Shown here: positions 13,830 to 26,707 of the stretch, one piece after another
How positions within the stretch are numbered: the stretch's first letter is position 1
Layout: each line of letters begins with the position of its first letter
DNA from: Carcharhinus longimanus
Taxonomy: Eukaryota
DNA: 63,520 bases
Direction: 5' to 3'
Assembly: GCA_030264375.1 (NCBI GenBank)
Contig: JASCQW010000027.1
Span: forward strand, 56,731,487 to 56,795,006
Position numbers and translations under genes: made by a program
Notes under the pieces: model-generated
The model's input: the letters and a program-made list of their open reading frames with translations, nothing else
What the model was told of the DNA's origin: nothing
Database searches by the model: none

Positions 13830-14700
13830 AGAATCTTCGGCCAGAGTTCTTCCGTTTTGTGACATGAACTGTTTCCTGTTGTGGAGGCTGGCGGGTAAAC
13901 ATGCCAAATCCTTCAAATTACTTACGCAATTGGGAGTTTTATGCTGTATTCCGTGAATGGGCAGGCCTGGATGATGTGTATTCCGCTATCCTATCCAGGT
14001 GCCATATTGGAAAGATACCCAACATTGCAAACCCACTATTGAAGAAAGAAGACAGACCTCCTGAGTATGAAGATGGATCTCTGGGACTACTCTGAGGCCA
14101 GAGAATGGACCATCCTAGAAAGAAGATGCAATTCTGGGAACATCTTGAGGCTGGACCCCCCCCCCAGGACACCTAATCTGGGAGATCCACCTGCAGCTGT
14201 ACTCCCGATCCAATGCAGCAGTGTTTCAGGATGTGGGCATCTCCGCATCCTAAACTTGGGAGACAGCCCTAGGCATTGTTCAGCTGAGTCCTGGCATCAT
14301 TCCCCCAATTGTCCCAAACATGTTGCCCAATGGTCTGTTTTCCCACCAGCATTGTGGAGAATCTGGCGTGGAGGAAGTTGGGTCTTCATCACATGAGGTT
14401 CTGACAGATTTTCGGACTCGCTATGATGGGCACCAGCTGAAAATCCTGGCCGGAATTCTCAGATCTCGGACACCTTGCCATCGCTGCTAGTGAGAATAGA
14501 GAATTTGACCTTCAGCCAAATCTCCATTCACAGCAGCAGGACCAGATAATCCCAGCCCCAGGCAAGGTCAGAGAATTCTGGACCTGCTGCAAATTCATGC
14601 TGGCTTGAATCAGATTTCTGAGCCTCCTGCCATATTCTCCACCTCGCCCCCTCACTTACTTTCAAACCCACCAGCTACAGTTTGGGAGAATTCCACCCTT
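13830..14700. mobile_element. Cluster of GC-rich non-autonomous DNA-transposon-like elements
   Basis: Repeated GGCCGGAATTCT/AGAATTCCACCC-type termini; interior resembles about 17180-17900. Confidence 0.45.
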
Positions 14701-15419
14701 CTTTTATTGAAGAGACTAAAGGCTACAATAAATAAAATATACATGAAAATTATTAAGTAATAATAGACAAAAATTAATTGCAGTATCTAGTGCATATTTT
14801 TACATGGGTTAGTTCCCCCTTAAAATTTCACAGCTTTTTCTTATTGTTAAGACATATTTTTAGTCATCTCCAAGATATTGATGTTGGACAGGGCCACCTG
14901 TTTTCTATGTACTCAGCACAACAAGGATGTCTGGGTGCATCAAAGTTAAAGTTTATTTATAATTTATTAGTCACAAATAAGGCTTACATTAACATTGCAA
15001 TGAGGTTACTGTGAAATTCCCCTAGTCGTTACACTCCGGTGAATGTTCGGGTTGAAGTTCAGAGGAAATCTAAGTTCTAAGATGAGGATAAGAGTTGTTC
15101 TGGTGATAATATGCACTGGCAGCATTATGAAAGCAATCTGACCACAAAGCTGCACATGGTGACCCCTATTCAAATTCACCAGCACGAAACTTGTTCTTCT
15201 ATTGTCTATACATTTATCTCTTGCCTCCAAATACTTTTTACTGGATGCATTTGGTTTTTAATGTATATTTTGGGATCTGAAAAAACTGCAATAAAGCACG
15301 TTACAAAAGCCTATTGGTGAACTAGGTCATTTATAGTCAATAAAAAATCTTAAACTGATTTTTATTTCTCACATAATAACAGTCAGGCCAGTTTTGTCAA
15401 TTGATATATTTTCTACAAG

Positions 15420-16360
15420 CTATGCATTTAATGTATTTTGCACAAATTTAAAGGCAAGGAGATTATATATCAGTTATACAGGGAACTGATGAGACCACAC
15501 CAGGAAAACTATGTATAGCATTATCTTTTAGTTTAGTTTTTTTTATAGTTTATAGTTTATTTATTAGCATCACAAGTAGATTTACGTTAACACTGCAATG
15601 AAGTTACTGTGAAAATCCCCTAGTCACCACACTCCGGCTCCTGTTTGGGTACACTGAGGGAGATTTTAGCATGGCCAATGTACCTAACCAGCATGTCTCT
15701 TAGACTGTGGGAGAAAACTGGAGCACCCGAAGGAAACCTACGTAGACAGGGAGAGAACATGCAGGCTCCACACAGATAGTGACCCAAGACAGAAATCGAA
15801 CTCGGGTCCCTGGTGCTGTGAGGCAGCAGTGCCAGCCACTATGCCACCATGCCTCCTTAAATAAGGATAGATGTCAATATATTGGAAGCAGCTCAGAGAA
15901 GGTTTACTATACAAATCCTTGAATTGGGTTGTATGAGGAAAGGTTGAACAGGCTAAGCTACTATCCACGGGAGTTTAAGTCAGTAAAATGTAACTTGATT
16001 GAAATTTACAAGATTCTGAAGGGTCTTGGCAGAGTTGATATGGAGAGAATGTTTTCTTTTGTGAGAGAATCTAGCATGAGAGGACCACTGTTTAAAAATA
16101 AGGAGACACTTATTTCGGACAGAGATAGCTTTTTTCTCTCATGAGTTTGTGAGTCCTTGGAACTCTCTTCCTCAATGGATGGTGGAAGAAATGTCTTTGA
16201 ATATTCTTAAGGCAGACATAGCTGGATTCTTGATAAGCGTGGAGGGGGAAAGTTATCAGGGTAGATTGGATTGTAACCTCAACTTAACATTCCAATCAGC
16301 CATGATGTTAACAAATGGCAGAGAGCTCGATGACCAAGTATCCAACTCCTGTTCCTAATT
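15420..16360 (+). mobile_element. Degenerate CR1 3' fragment, interrupted by a SINE
   Basis: YEERLNRL...NLIEIYKILKGL.RVDMERMF and WNSLPQ motifs. Confidence 0.85.
15555..15856 (-). mobile_element. HE1-like SINE subfamily (TAATAAATAAAC tail)
   Basis: Reverse SINE head and V-domain; related pieces at 14950-15050, 16760-16925, 25045-25190 and 47590-47660. Confidence 0.88.
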
Positions 16361-18291
16361 CATATATTCATAAAATCGCGTATGGTCAGTTGTTCCAATC
16401 CCCAGCGGAAATCACACCCATTTCCGTGCCCAGCAACAACTTTAGATTCCAGGCTGGAAGATTCTGGCCAAGGTTTCATGTTGCTGACCATTCAATAGAG
16501 TTTGCAAGGAATGTCATTGACCTGAATAACCTATCTATTCAGCCATGATTGAATGGCAAAGCAAACTTGATGGGCCAAGTGGCCTAATTCTGCTCCTATG
16601 TTTTATGGTCTTATATATGGAAACTGTTTCTCTTTTCATTGATGCTCTTCATAGATTCACACTATTGAGTATGTCCTTCATTTTCTGTTTGAACTATGGC
16701 ATTCAACTTTGCTGCCAACATCTGTTCATTAATGAATTAAATTGCGCTGGCAACTTCAATGGGTTCCCTCTGGGTGCTCCAGTTTCCTTCCACAGTCTGA
16801 AAGACACGCTGGTTAGGTGCAATGATCCGAACAGGCACCGGGCTGTGGTGACTAGGGGAATTTCACAGCAACTTCATTACAGTGTTAATGTAAGCCTTAC
16901 TTATGACTAATGAATAGACTTTAATGAATCAAAGACAATAAAGGTTTTATAATCTATCTATGCTGGCAATGTATTTAAATAAAGTTCTTGACTTACCTGT
17001 TAATGATCGCAATGAATAATAAATCACTTTAATTTCACTGCAATAAACAGCCTCAAAGTAAAATAAATATTCAGCTCCTAAAACTTGAATCCTGCCAAGC
17101 CCTGTCAGTGGGTTCAATGGTGGTGGTGGTGGTTGGGAGTGGGGGTGGTTTGGGAGGTAGAATTGTTTTTATATTGCTGTGAATTTACATGGAATTCTGC
17201 TGGTGTCCATCATGACAGATGGGGAGGTTGATGGGAAATTTATTTGCATCCCACTAATTGAATGTAGCTGAAGGTCCAACCTTTCCCCCTCCCCACATAA
17301 TTGATTCTCCACGGCGCCGGCAGGAAAATACACCAGTGCAAAACAAGTCAGGAACAGCAAGATGTGCAGGTGTCAGGACTCACGTGAACAATGTCTGGAG
17401 CTGCCTCCAGAGTTCAGGATGGAAATCACCTGCACCCTGGACCCTGCAACAGCACAGCACCTGGAATGTCCAGATTCGGTGTCATCAAAGGAAGTCCATC
17501 TTTCCGCCTCAGAATGTCTCTGGAGGTCCATCTTTTTTCTTCCATAGTGTGTCAGTAACGTTGGGTGCCTTTTCAATACTATGCCCAGGTAAGGCAGTGG
17601 ACTTTGCGACATCAGGTCTCCTCCACCACAGAATACAGCATAAAGCACCCAGCCGCATAACTAATAAGGCCGGAGCCAGAAGATTTGGTGAGTTTTCCCA
17701 CTAGCCTCTGCAGCGGGAAACACTCCAGTTGGTATTTTCTGGCCATTCATGCCAATGGGACTGTCCGGTCCTGCTGCAGTGAACAAGGGTATGGCTGAGC
17801 GCCAAATTCTCTGTCCTCGCTTGCAATGGTGATGGGTCATGAATGGCTGGACGATTCCAACCATCACGTTCTCACCCCTGCCACTGGACTTTGTCCCTAG
17901 TTAGGAGAATTGCACCCTATTTTTCACTACCACAGCAGAAAATAAACAGTGGCCACTCCATTATTATCTGGTTAAATAAATCAGCCTGCTTTTGGTGGCT
18001 TGGCCTCATGTTTCAAATCAAAATGAAAGCTCCATTCTAATATATTCAGCAATGAAACTTCAATAATACTGTAATTTTTCTGAATCCTAATCTGTCATAA
18101 GGAATGAAAATATTGGCTTGCAGAATATTCGGAATAATTTCACTGGTAGATCATNNNNNNNNNNNNNNNNNNNNNNNNNNNNNNNNNNNNNNNNNNNNNN
18201 NNNNNNNNNNNNNNNNNNNNNNNNNNNNNNNNNNNNNNNNNNNNNNNNNNNNNNCCCCCCCCCCCCCCCCCCCACCCCCGGCTCTGACAGG

Positions 18292-18984
18292 ATGGCTCCC
18301 CAGTCTGATCGGTGTCCCTACAAAGAGCAGGGCAGCGGCAAGTACTTCCAGTGCCCGACCCCAGCCTCCACCCTCATCCCCCCGGGCGGCTTGTCCGTCC
18401 CTTCGGAGGAGGAGATGGAGGAGGAGGAGGAGGAGCCCTCGGCGGCCCGGAGCGAGTGCAAGCGGCGCCCCCGGGGCCGGGGCAAGCCCAGGAGCCCCAA
18501 GGTGGTGCAGAAGATCAAGAAGAGCCGGCGCATCAAGGCCAACAACCGCGAGAGGAACAGGATGCACAACCTGAACGGCGCCCTAGATGCCCTGCGGGAG
18601 GTGCTGCCCGCCTTCCCCGAGGACGCCAAGCTGACCAAGATCGAGACTCTCCGCTTCGCCCACAACTACATCTGGGCGCTGACCGAGGCTCTGCGACTGG
18701 CTGATCCCCTGGCGGGCGGCCCCGCCGGAGACCCCGGCTCGTACGAGGGGCCCGAGCAACAATACCTGGACTCGGGGCTGAGCAGCCCGAGCCCCGGGGC
18801 TTCAGGCAGCTCCTGGAACAGTTTCAGCTCGCCGTCCTCTTCCTCCTACACCTGCACTTTATCCCCGGGCAGCCCTGCTCCATCGGAAGACATGTACTTC
18901 GGGCAACCCGAGAGTATCTATGCACCCCCTAAACAGCAGTCTGACTTTCTGCAAAGCTCTTCCCCATTCCATGAATTTATTTAA
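18292..18984 (+). CDS. NEUROG2: Neurogenin bHLH transcription factor (NEUROG2-like), 230 aa, single coding exon
   Basis: b[63 protein letters not shown] with NEUROG2-type residues (KANNR, REVLP, PEDAK, VQKIKK); SP-rich C-terminus [11 protein letters not shown]; acceptor TGACAG|G just before the ATG (5'UTR intron); GC-rich codons. Family is certain, paralog assignment less so. Confidence 0.85.
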   Translation: MAPQSDRCPYKEQGSGKYFQCPTPASTLIPPGGLSVPSEEEMEEEEEEPSAARSECKRRPRGRGKPRSPKVVQKIKKSRRIKANNRERNRMHNLNGALDALREVLPAFPEDAKLTKIETLRFAHNYIWALTEALRLADPLAGGPAGDPGSYEGPEQQYLDSGLSSPSPGASGSSWNSFSSPSSSSYTCTLSPGSPAPSEDMYFGQPESIYAPPKQQSDFLQSSSPFHEFI

Positions 18985-19865
18985 CCTCCCCCCAATCCCC
19001 AACACAGTTGAATATCGCGTAATATTTTTTGTATGCGATTATGAATTCTATCTTTTTATTGTATTGGAAAAATGTACCCATTATCCGGGGTAAAAAGTTG
19101 GACCAACATTGTTTACATTTCTTACTAGATATGTAGGATTGAGATTTGTCATGTATTTTTCAAGCAAATGTATTTTTCAGACTGACTCATAGGGACTGTT
19201 AATGTTCAATGTTGTACTCTTGGCATCTGCCTGTCTTCCCAGGGAGTTGAAGGCTGTGGGAATTTGAACTGTCAAACCAAACTCTCCTCAGTGCACTTTG
19301 CCCATTTTCCCAGGTTCTCCACAATGCCTTTTGTTCTCTGATTTCTTCTCCCTCCCTCTTTCTCTCTCTCTCTCCCTGGTTTCCCCCTTTATCATTCCAA
19401 GAATAAGACCGATTTTACCAGCTGTCTAATATGATTTACGGAAAAAAGATGTTGTGGTACGGAGCGAGGTTAGAAGTCATTGCATAATTTGTAGACTTTT
19501 TAAATGAATGAAAACGAGCGTGTAAATTTAGGTTGAGTGCTTTATCAAAGGCAGAGAGAGAGAGAGAAGAAGAACACAAGGAGGAAGGGTTCATGCATTA
19601 TTTATCTCGACCTCCGGGGATGAAGAATTGCCTTTTTTTCAGAACGAAAGAAATCAGCTGAATAAAACGAAGCGACACGGAGCATTAACGCGATCATCTA
19701 CACATGTGTTCACCTTTATTTATTATAAAAGAAAGATTTCATGCACAAAATGTATATTTTGTATATTTCAGAAGTTTATTGTCGCTATGTATTCGCCTGC
19801 AAGTCAAATGGAAAGTGTTTTCGATTCGTCTTTTTTTAAATAAAAAGTTTAGCTTTCATATAAGT
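18985..19865 (+). other. Neurogenin 3'UTR with polyA signal AATAAA at 19839-19844
   Basis: AU-rich, free of transposon-derived repeats, with TGTATATT and ATTTA motifs, ending at AATAAA. Confidence 0.6.
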
Positions 19866-20178
19866 AAACTGGCAAGTGTGTGGCTCGTTGATCAGTGTGG
19901 AAAAAAGAGCAGCTGGACATTCTAGTAACACAGACTACTTCTTATTAGGTTGTAACACGTCGGAACATGCATTTCATTTACCGAACCCATTCACCAAACT
20001 AGGGGACGTGGAAAAAAAGGCAGGGTGACAATGGCAACAAACAGAAGACAATATAAAACTGCAGTCTCTTGTCATCTGTTCCTTTGTTACCAGAAATTAA
20101 CTTTAAACCGTTTCTGCTTTGGAGGGGAACATATTGGGCTAAAAAAAAGTGAAACCCAGCGCTGGCGGTTGCTTTTAA

Positions 20179-20244
20179 GCTAGTGAATTTACTATCAAAT
20201 AAATCGGTTGGACTGAAACCTGGTGTTGTCAGACTTTTTACTGT
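20179..20244 (+). mobile_element. Penelope-derived short insertion with 12-bp TSD
   Basis: TSD GGTTGCTTTTAA at 20167-20178 and 20245-20256; body ..GTTGGACTGAAACCTGGTGTTGTCAGACTTTTTACTGT. Confidence 0.85.
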
Positions 20245-21403
20245 GGTTGCTTTTAAAACATCTAGTTAAAGAGGATCCTGTGGATTCAACTTTATAAATA
20301 AACCGAGAGAAAGTTGTGAAATGTTGGTGTCTGCACCACACAAATTAAACTTGTATTCTAGATAAGTACTTAAACTTTTTTTTGCAAATCACTTGACGAA
20401 TCTTTTCAGGCAACACACACATTCACACTTCTAAACTTTAATTCTACCAAAAAGATATCTTTCCACATGTAATCAAAATAGATGACACAAGGAAAGCATA
20501 GGGGCTTATTGACAAGGTTTGTCTTTCAGAGGAAAATAATATATAAGACAGGTTTTTTTTGTCTGAGTTTTTGCCAGACAGGCACGAGTTGCAACTCTCA
20601 GTGTTGTGTTGAACATAGATCATACGGATCTCCACCTCTTCATTCCACCCCTTGCTTATTAATTGGCACGTTCTGTTTGGATGTAAAACCCTCTCCCTTT
20701 TGGCGCTGATCTATAGGCTGTTCTCTAGATTATGGATGATCGCCCTGCATTTGCACGTGTCCGCGGATACCCAAGAGGGAAACGTTTCATTATTATCTGG
20801 TATCAATCTTTCTTGCTGCAGCCGGGGGTGAGCGCCGCAGCAACAGATCACGAGAGTTCAGCACATTATCTGTACCGAAACCTCGGGAGTTCAAAGCAAG
20901 TCGCATCTGCCTCTGTGGCAAGCCGTTTAAACTGTTTTCAGAATTAGAGTGGGCCGGGACTATTGAACTCGAATTAAGGGAGAAGACAGTGCAACCCAGC
21001 TGAAATATAAAAGAGATAACTAGTAAATCTAACAGATGGCATAGCTACATTGCAAGCTTGATTTTATTGTCAAACTATATAAATGGCTCTGAAGCTGAAT
21101 GGTGGATTAACTAAAACAATGGAATGTAGAATTAATAGTAAGCCCTAATAAGGTTCTCTAATAACCAAATAGAATTTGATTACAATGAGTAAATGCATAA
21201 TATAGAGCTATCGTTTGGGACAAGACGTTTAATCCTGTAACGCAGGAACGCGACGAGGCCAAAGTCCCGAAAACTATTAAAATAAGCCTGCATGCACTGA
21301 ATATAGCTTCGTAGTGGGATTTCAGGTGAACTGAATTTAAATAAACCTCGATTTGCTCATAAAACTTTCTCTCATCTAACGCTTTGCTGACCTGGGCTAT
21401 CAT

Positions 21404-21514
21404 AGTAAAAAGTCTGACAACACCAGGTTTTATAAATAAATAGGTTGGACTAAAACCTGGTGTTGTCAGACTTTTTACTGTGTTTACGCCAGTCCAACGC
21501 CGGCATACCCACAT
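21404..21514. mobile_element. Penelope-derived fold-back insertion with 12-bp TSD
   Basis: TSD CTGGGCTATCAT at 21392-21403 and 21515-21526; internal inverted repeat AGTAAAAAGTCTGACAACACCAGGTTTT / AAAACCTGGTGTTGTCAGACTTTTTACT. Confidence 0.9.
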
Positions 21515-24449
21515 CTGGGCTATCATGCCAAGAAAGCGATTGATGACAACCAAACAAGACGACACCACCTCACTCTTGAAACTCTTGTAACCAAACGCAT
21601 CGCATTCGCCCTTACATCATTAGATCTAATAACACCACTTTTCCGTAATGGGACAATTAGTCAAAGAACTAGAACCCTAAATAAATACCTATGTAAATAA
21701 ACACTACCAGACGCGCTTTCAACCTCACAATTAATAGCTTCATGTGCATATTCATTATCCTTAACATCCTCACATTTACTTGTTACAAACAATCGTTTAA
21801 GGTTAGCATTACAAATACATGCACATTCCTTTTTAATTGTAATCTACATTATTTATGATAAGTAATTGGCATGGTTAGTCTCTGGGCATATTACTGCTAT
21901 ATAAGCAACATTTATCAACACTCTCGGAAAAAATATAAAACAGTCTATGTAAGCGATTAATTCTAAAATCATTTCCAGTACGAACAACATTTGTTGCCAG
22001 AGAGATTTGAAGTCATAAATGTAAAAATATATAAAAACTATATATTTCAATAAAATATGTATTTTGGAGAAGGAGCAAGCTGCAGAGTTCTCATTTAGTA
22101 GTCGGTTCAAAGGTCTCCTAGGCCTATTTTCTAAAAACGATTTCCGTCACGAAGCGTGAAGACAAGTGGGGTAAAAACTGAGCAATAAGGTAAAATGTGT
22201 GAAAAAAGAATTAGTAAAATTAGGTTACGGAAATAAAACGTAAGGATTCCAGCCTTGGGCTAGTACTCCTAGATAGTCTGATCCATTGTTTTCCGGCTTG
22301 GCAGGAGGTTTATTATGTGCTAAATAATTCCCCAAAAGGTTTTGCATAATCACTTCTTTGATGTGACTTGAGTGTCAAAAATCAGCCATTACCCCGGAGT
22401 GTAAAATGTACCAAAGCTTTTACGAAATTGACAGTGTGTGGCAAACGTCATAAATAGATTTAACCCACGGCTTTCCGAAGTCCCTTTAATGATTAAACAT
22501 AAAGAATGACAAAAGATGGCCCTCTTCGTCTCGGCGTGATTGATCCGATTGTCCCTATTCTGATACTTTGTAGAGCACGTGCGTTTATCTGCGTAAAAAG
22601 ATATCCACAGGCTCAATTAGGAACTATGAAACCTTCCAGTCAATGCACAATGCTACCATTCTACTTACTCATATACAAGGAGGCAATATCATTTTTATCC
22701 TTTTATGTGTCAGGATCAACTCATTGTTCAAGTACATCTTGAAATAATTACAGGTTTTGTTTTCAATATCGATTGTATTTTTGTTTAGGTCAGGTCATTT
22801 TTTGGTGATGTGTGACCATTAAAATTTTATAGGTGCAAATGGAAGGGAAGTGATCGATGTTTTGAAAATGCCGAATACTCGAAATCTATTAAGTTGAAAG
22901 AATACAATGATACAATAAAAAAAATTAAAATCTATGGTATCCAGCAATGTGTGGTGACCAGTGAAACTGCAAACTTATTTTTTAAAACTTATATTCCAAA
23001 ACGCTCATGTTCAAACCAGTGTTCTGTGTGCACATTTAAAGTTGATTAAAGGTCTTCCAGTACAATTCGAGATCTGGCAGTTTAGTACTCTCCAAAACAT
23101 AAAATAAGCACATATAAATCAATGGAAAGTTATTGTCAAAACATTAATATTTTACTTGCGGTTGACACAGAACGATAGCTAAAAGTACTTTAGAGGGTGG
23201 AAAAAGAAAGTGACATAAAGAAAAAAGGAAAACGGGCAAGGCACAGAAGAATGAAAATGGTTCGGCTTAGTCATAGAAATGGAGGAAGAAGGCTAATTTA
23301 CCTCATCAAGGAGGAGAAGGAGCTGCCATGTCAGAGACATTCAAACAACAAAGACAGCGAAGTTAATAGTATAAGTAGAAGTTATAGTACAAGTGGAGGT
23401 TATAGTATAAATAACGAGTTCTATTGAGTCAAGTATCAGAATTTAAGTTTGGATCATTGAAGCAAGTATTTGAATATGACCATTTTGAGAACTATTTTAG
23501 CCACTGCTTACAACTGAAACCATTACTGGTGGGAAAGTGGCAGGTACAGAGACTGAAGAATAACCCAGAGGCTGGAAGGTGTATGTGGGAATAGAGGACT
23601 AAAGAAAATTGATGAGATTGGCTGGAAAAATATTTTGGAATGAAGGTGAAAGTGATGATGAAGATTCTGGAGTTGAAAATCCTAATAAATCAACTCATTG
23701 CTCTATATAGATGGTAAAATGTCAGACAAGATTCATGTTAAGCAAGAAATAATTCCATATTATTGTCATTTTACTAGTGGACAGACTTCTAAGGAGTCTA
23801 ACTGCATATCAATATAGGAATAGGAAAAAGCAGTTGGAAATAATGTTTACACGCAATTAATAACATTAACACTATCACATTGGCAGGAGCCAGTCATCAC
23901 TGCCAAAAGCATGTGGGCAATAATTCAAATAGGCACATTCCTTAATCATTCCCTACTACCCCCAACAGCTTTAGACATTTTTTTATTAGCTCGGCACTAA
24001 AACTTCAATACCATTGAGAGTCAACTTTGAACATTTGAGATTTAATGAAATAACAGCTTGTTCTGTACGATCAACGAAAATATTATTTTCAAGACAATAA
24101 ATCTTCTTGATCTAATCAAAAATTAATGGGTAGGATGGATTACATTCATTCTCTACCATATCATGGAAATAAGGCTGGTAGGATATTTGAATAATCAGAC
24201 ATAATTCTATGGAGCAGCACATCAGTATTACTTAACTAAGCCATTCATTCTTATGACCTAAGTCATATTAGCTATAAATCAATGACAATTATATGCTACA
24301 TTTGCCTAAATTCAATGTTTACAGTATAAATCACATCCAGTTACTTTCTATGAGGAAGTCTAATAGTGCCATTTCTACAAACTGTAAAAATCAATGATAC
24401 AAAGTAAATTAAAAAATAAAAATTCTTCCATGGCTATTAACTGAATCAT

Positions 24450-24790
24450 AGAATCATGGAATAGAGTCATAGAATCTCGACAGTGTAGAACAAGGCTACT
24501 CGGCCCATTGAATCTGTATTGACTCTCCAACAGAGGATCTCAACCAGGCCCTTTCCCATCACCCCATGTATTTACCCCACTAATTCCCTAACCTTCGTGT
24601 TTTGGGCACTAAGAGGCCATTTAGCAGGCCAATCCTCCTAACCTGCCCATCTTTGGACTGAGGGAGGAAACTGGTCCACCTGGAGGAAACTCATGCAGAC
24701 ATGGGCAAAATGTGCAAACTTCACACAAGACTGAAATTGAACACAGGTACCGCGCGCAGTGAGACAGCAGTGCTAACTACTCTGCTACTC
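24450..24790 (-). mobile_element. HE1-like SINE, diverged
   Basis: Reverse tail CATAGAATC, V-domain and head. Confidence 0.85.
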
Positions 24791-25659
24791 GGCTGTCCTG
24801 AAATAGTGAAATTTTCAGCAGAAAAAAATCTTCGTATTATCCGTTGGGCTCCTTGTTTTTCTGGAAAAGAGATTATTCACAAACAGTACACTGATAGAAC
24901 ATGTGAATGAAAACAAGTTAATCTTCATTGCATTATTTTCTGATGTAAGGTGATAGCAAAAAGTGAAATGCATATAGGGGATTGTTGGTGTTCCACACAG
25001 TTTTCCATAAATTTTACCTTCCAATGGTATAGCAATTTGTCCCTGCAGAGTTTGCATGTTATCCCTGTGTCCGCATGGGTTTCCCAAACAGGCATCGGAG
25101 TGTGGCGATTAGGGGATTTTCACAGTAACTTAATTGCAGTGTTAATGTAAACCTACTTGTAATGAATGAATAAACTTTAAATTTAAACTTTAGTCCCTTG
25201 GACCACTCATGATTCTTCTAATGTTGACTTTTTGATTGTATAATGTGACATCAATCTGGTGGAAAACATGAAAAAGTTTACCATTCATAATCAAAAAATC
25301 CATTTTTTACATTTGAATCTGCAAGAAGTTTCTCTGCAGCCAGTTTAATTATTGTATCAATAATAATTTGTATTCAGCAGTCCTTATATCCTAACTGACC
25401 ACCATGAGAAGTCTAGCTTCAACCCACTGCAAAACATTTTCTTGGATAGATTAATATCAGGCAGAGTACCCAACCATTTTAGATGCACATTTAATATAAT
25501 TTCTCTATGCCTGGCATATTGGCTCTTCTGAACATCTTAACGTTCAAAATCTCAAGCCACCAACAAACTTTCAAGATTGTTTTGAGGAAGTCCAGATGAA
25601 AGTGACAGTAAGTAATATAGTAATCATATATGTACAGTAAGAATGTTAAACTGTTGCCC

Positions 25660-26445
25660 TGTTGAGCTTCTATGAAAGCAACATATCAAGTGCTGCACTC
25701 CTAACTGATGAGTTGAACCACAGATTGCTAACTGGAAAGAAAAATTTGCATGTACATGGTATGTTTCACTATGACCTCAAAACATTTTACAGCCAATGAA
25801 GTACTTTAGAAATGTAGTCATTGTTGTAATATAGAAAATGTGACAGCCAATTTGTTGCCCTTTAGATGCTATTTTTTATATCAGTTTAGTTTATCCAATA
25901 GCACAAGGCATTTCAAAATTAATATTGCTATGGCCTCAATTGGTTACACTCTTACAAGTCATAAAGTTTTGTGTTAAATTCCCCAGTCCAGGGTGTGAGC
26001 ACACAAATCAAGGTTTACATTTGGTAGAGGTGCTGTCTTTCAGATGAAACAGTTTCCATAACTGCTGCTGTGGAAACCTGTCTACTTTAGCCTCATCTGC
26101 TTGTGTGAGTGGATATAAAATATCTCATGGCACTATTTTAAAGAAAAGCTGGGCTGGTATCTTGGCCAATATTCATCCCTAAATGAACACTGTAGAAAAC
26201 AGATTATCCGTGCCACTATCACATTGCTGTTTATGGGTGTTTGCTGTACACAATTTGGCTGTCACATTTTATATGTTACAACAATGACTACATTTCTAAA
26301 GTATTTCATTGGCTGTAAAATGTTTTGAGGTCATAGTGAAACATACTATGTACATGCAAATTTTTCTTTCTAGTTAGCAATCTGTGGTTCATCTCATCAG
26401 TTAGGGGTGCAGCACTTGATATGTTGCTTTCATAGAAGCTCAACA
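25660..26445. repeat. Long inverted repeat: arms 25660-25855 and 26250-26445 (196 bp), spacer about 394 bp
   Basis: The right arm is the reverse complement of the left with about 8 mismatches by manual alignment. Confidence 0.95.
25930..26340 (+). mobile_element. DeuSINE (SacSINE1-like) ancient SINE
   Basis: Deu-domain-like GGTGCTGTCTTTCAGATGA...GTGGATATAAAATATCTCATGGCACTATTT...TGGCCAATATT.ATCCCT; tail ..TTCATTGGCTGTAAAATG. Confidence 0.7.
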
Positions 26446-26449
26446 AAGC

Positions 26450-26707
26450 AGAAGGAGGCTACTTGGCTCATCGAGTCTGCACAGACCACAATCCCACCCA
26501 GGCCTTCTCCCCATAACCCCACTTATCCACCCTGCTAGTCCTCCTGACACTAAGGCACAATTTACTGTGGCCAATCAACCTAACTGGCACATCTTTGGAC
26601 TGTGGGGGGAAAACAGAGGAAGCTCACACAGACATAGGGAGAATGTACAAACTCCACACATACAGTCACCTGAGGCCAGGCTTGAACCCAGGTCCCTGGT
26701 GCTGTGT
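26450..26707 (-). mobile_element. HE1-like SINE, truncated
   Basis: Reverse V-domain and B box. Confidence 0.85.

Noticed and set aside
1-18154. miR-302/367, LARP7, ALPK1 or ZGRF1 expected beside NEUROG2
   Set aside because: No recognisable exon or AAGTGCT-seed hairpin found by eye.
18104-18704. Alternative-frame and antisense ORFs over neurogenin, and the upstream start at 18118
   Set aside because: By-products of high GC content and read-through of the N gap; the ATG at 18292 follows a splice acceptor.
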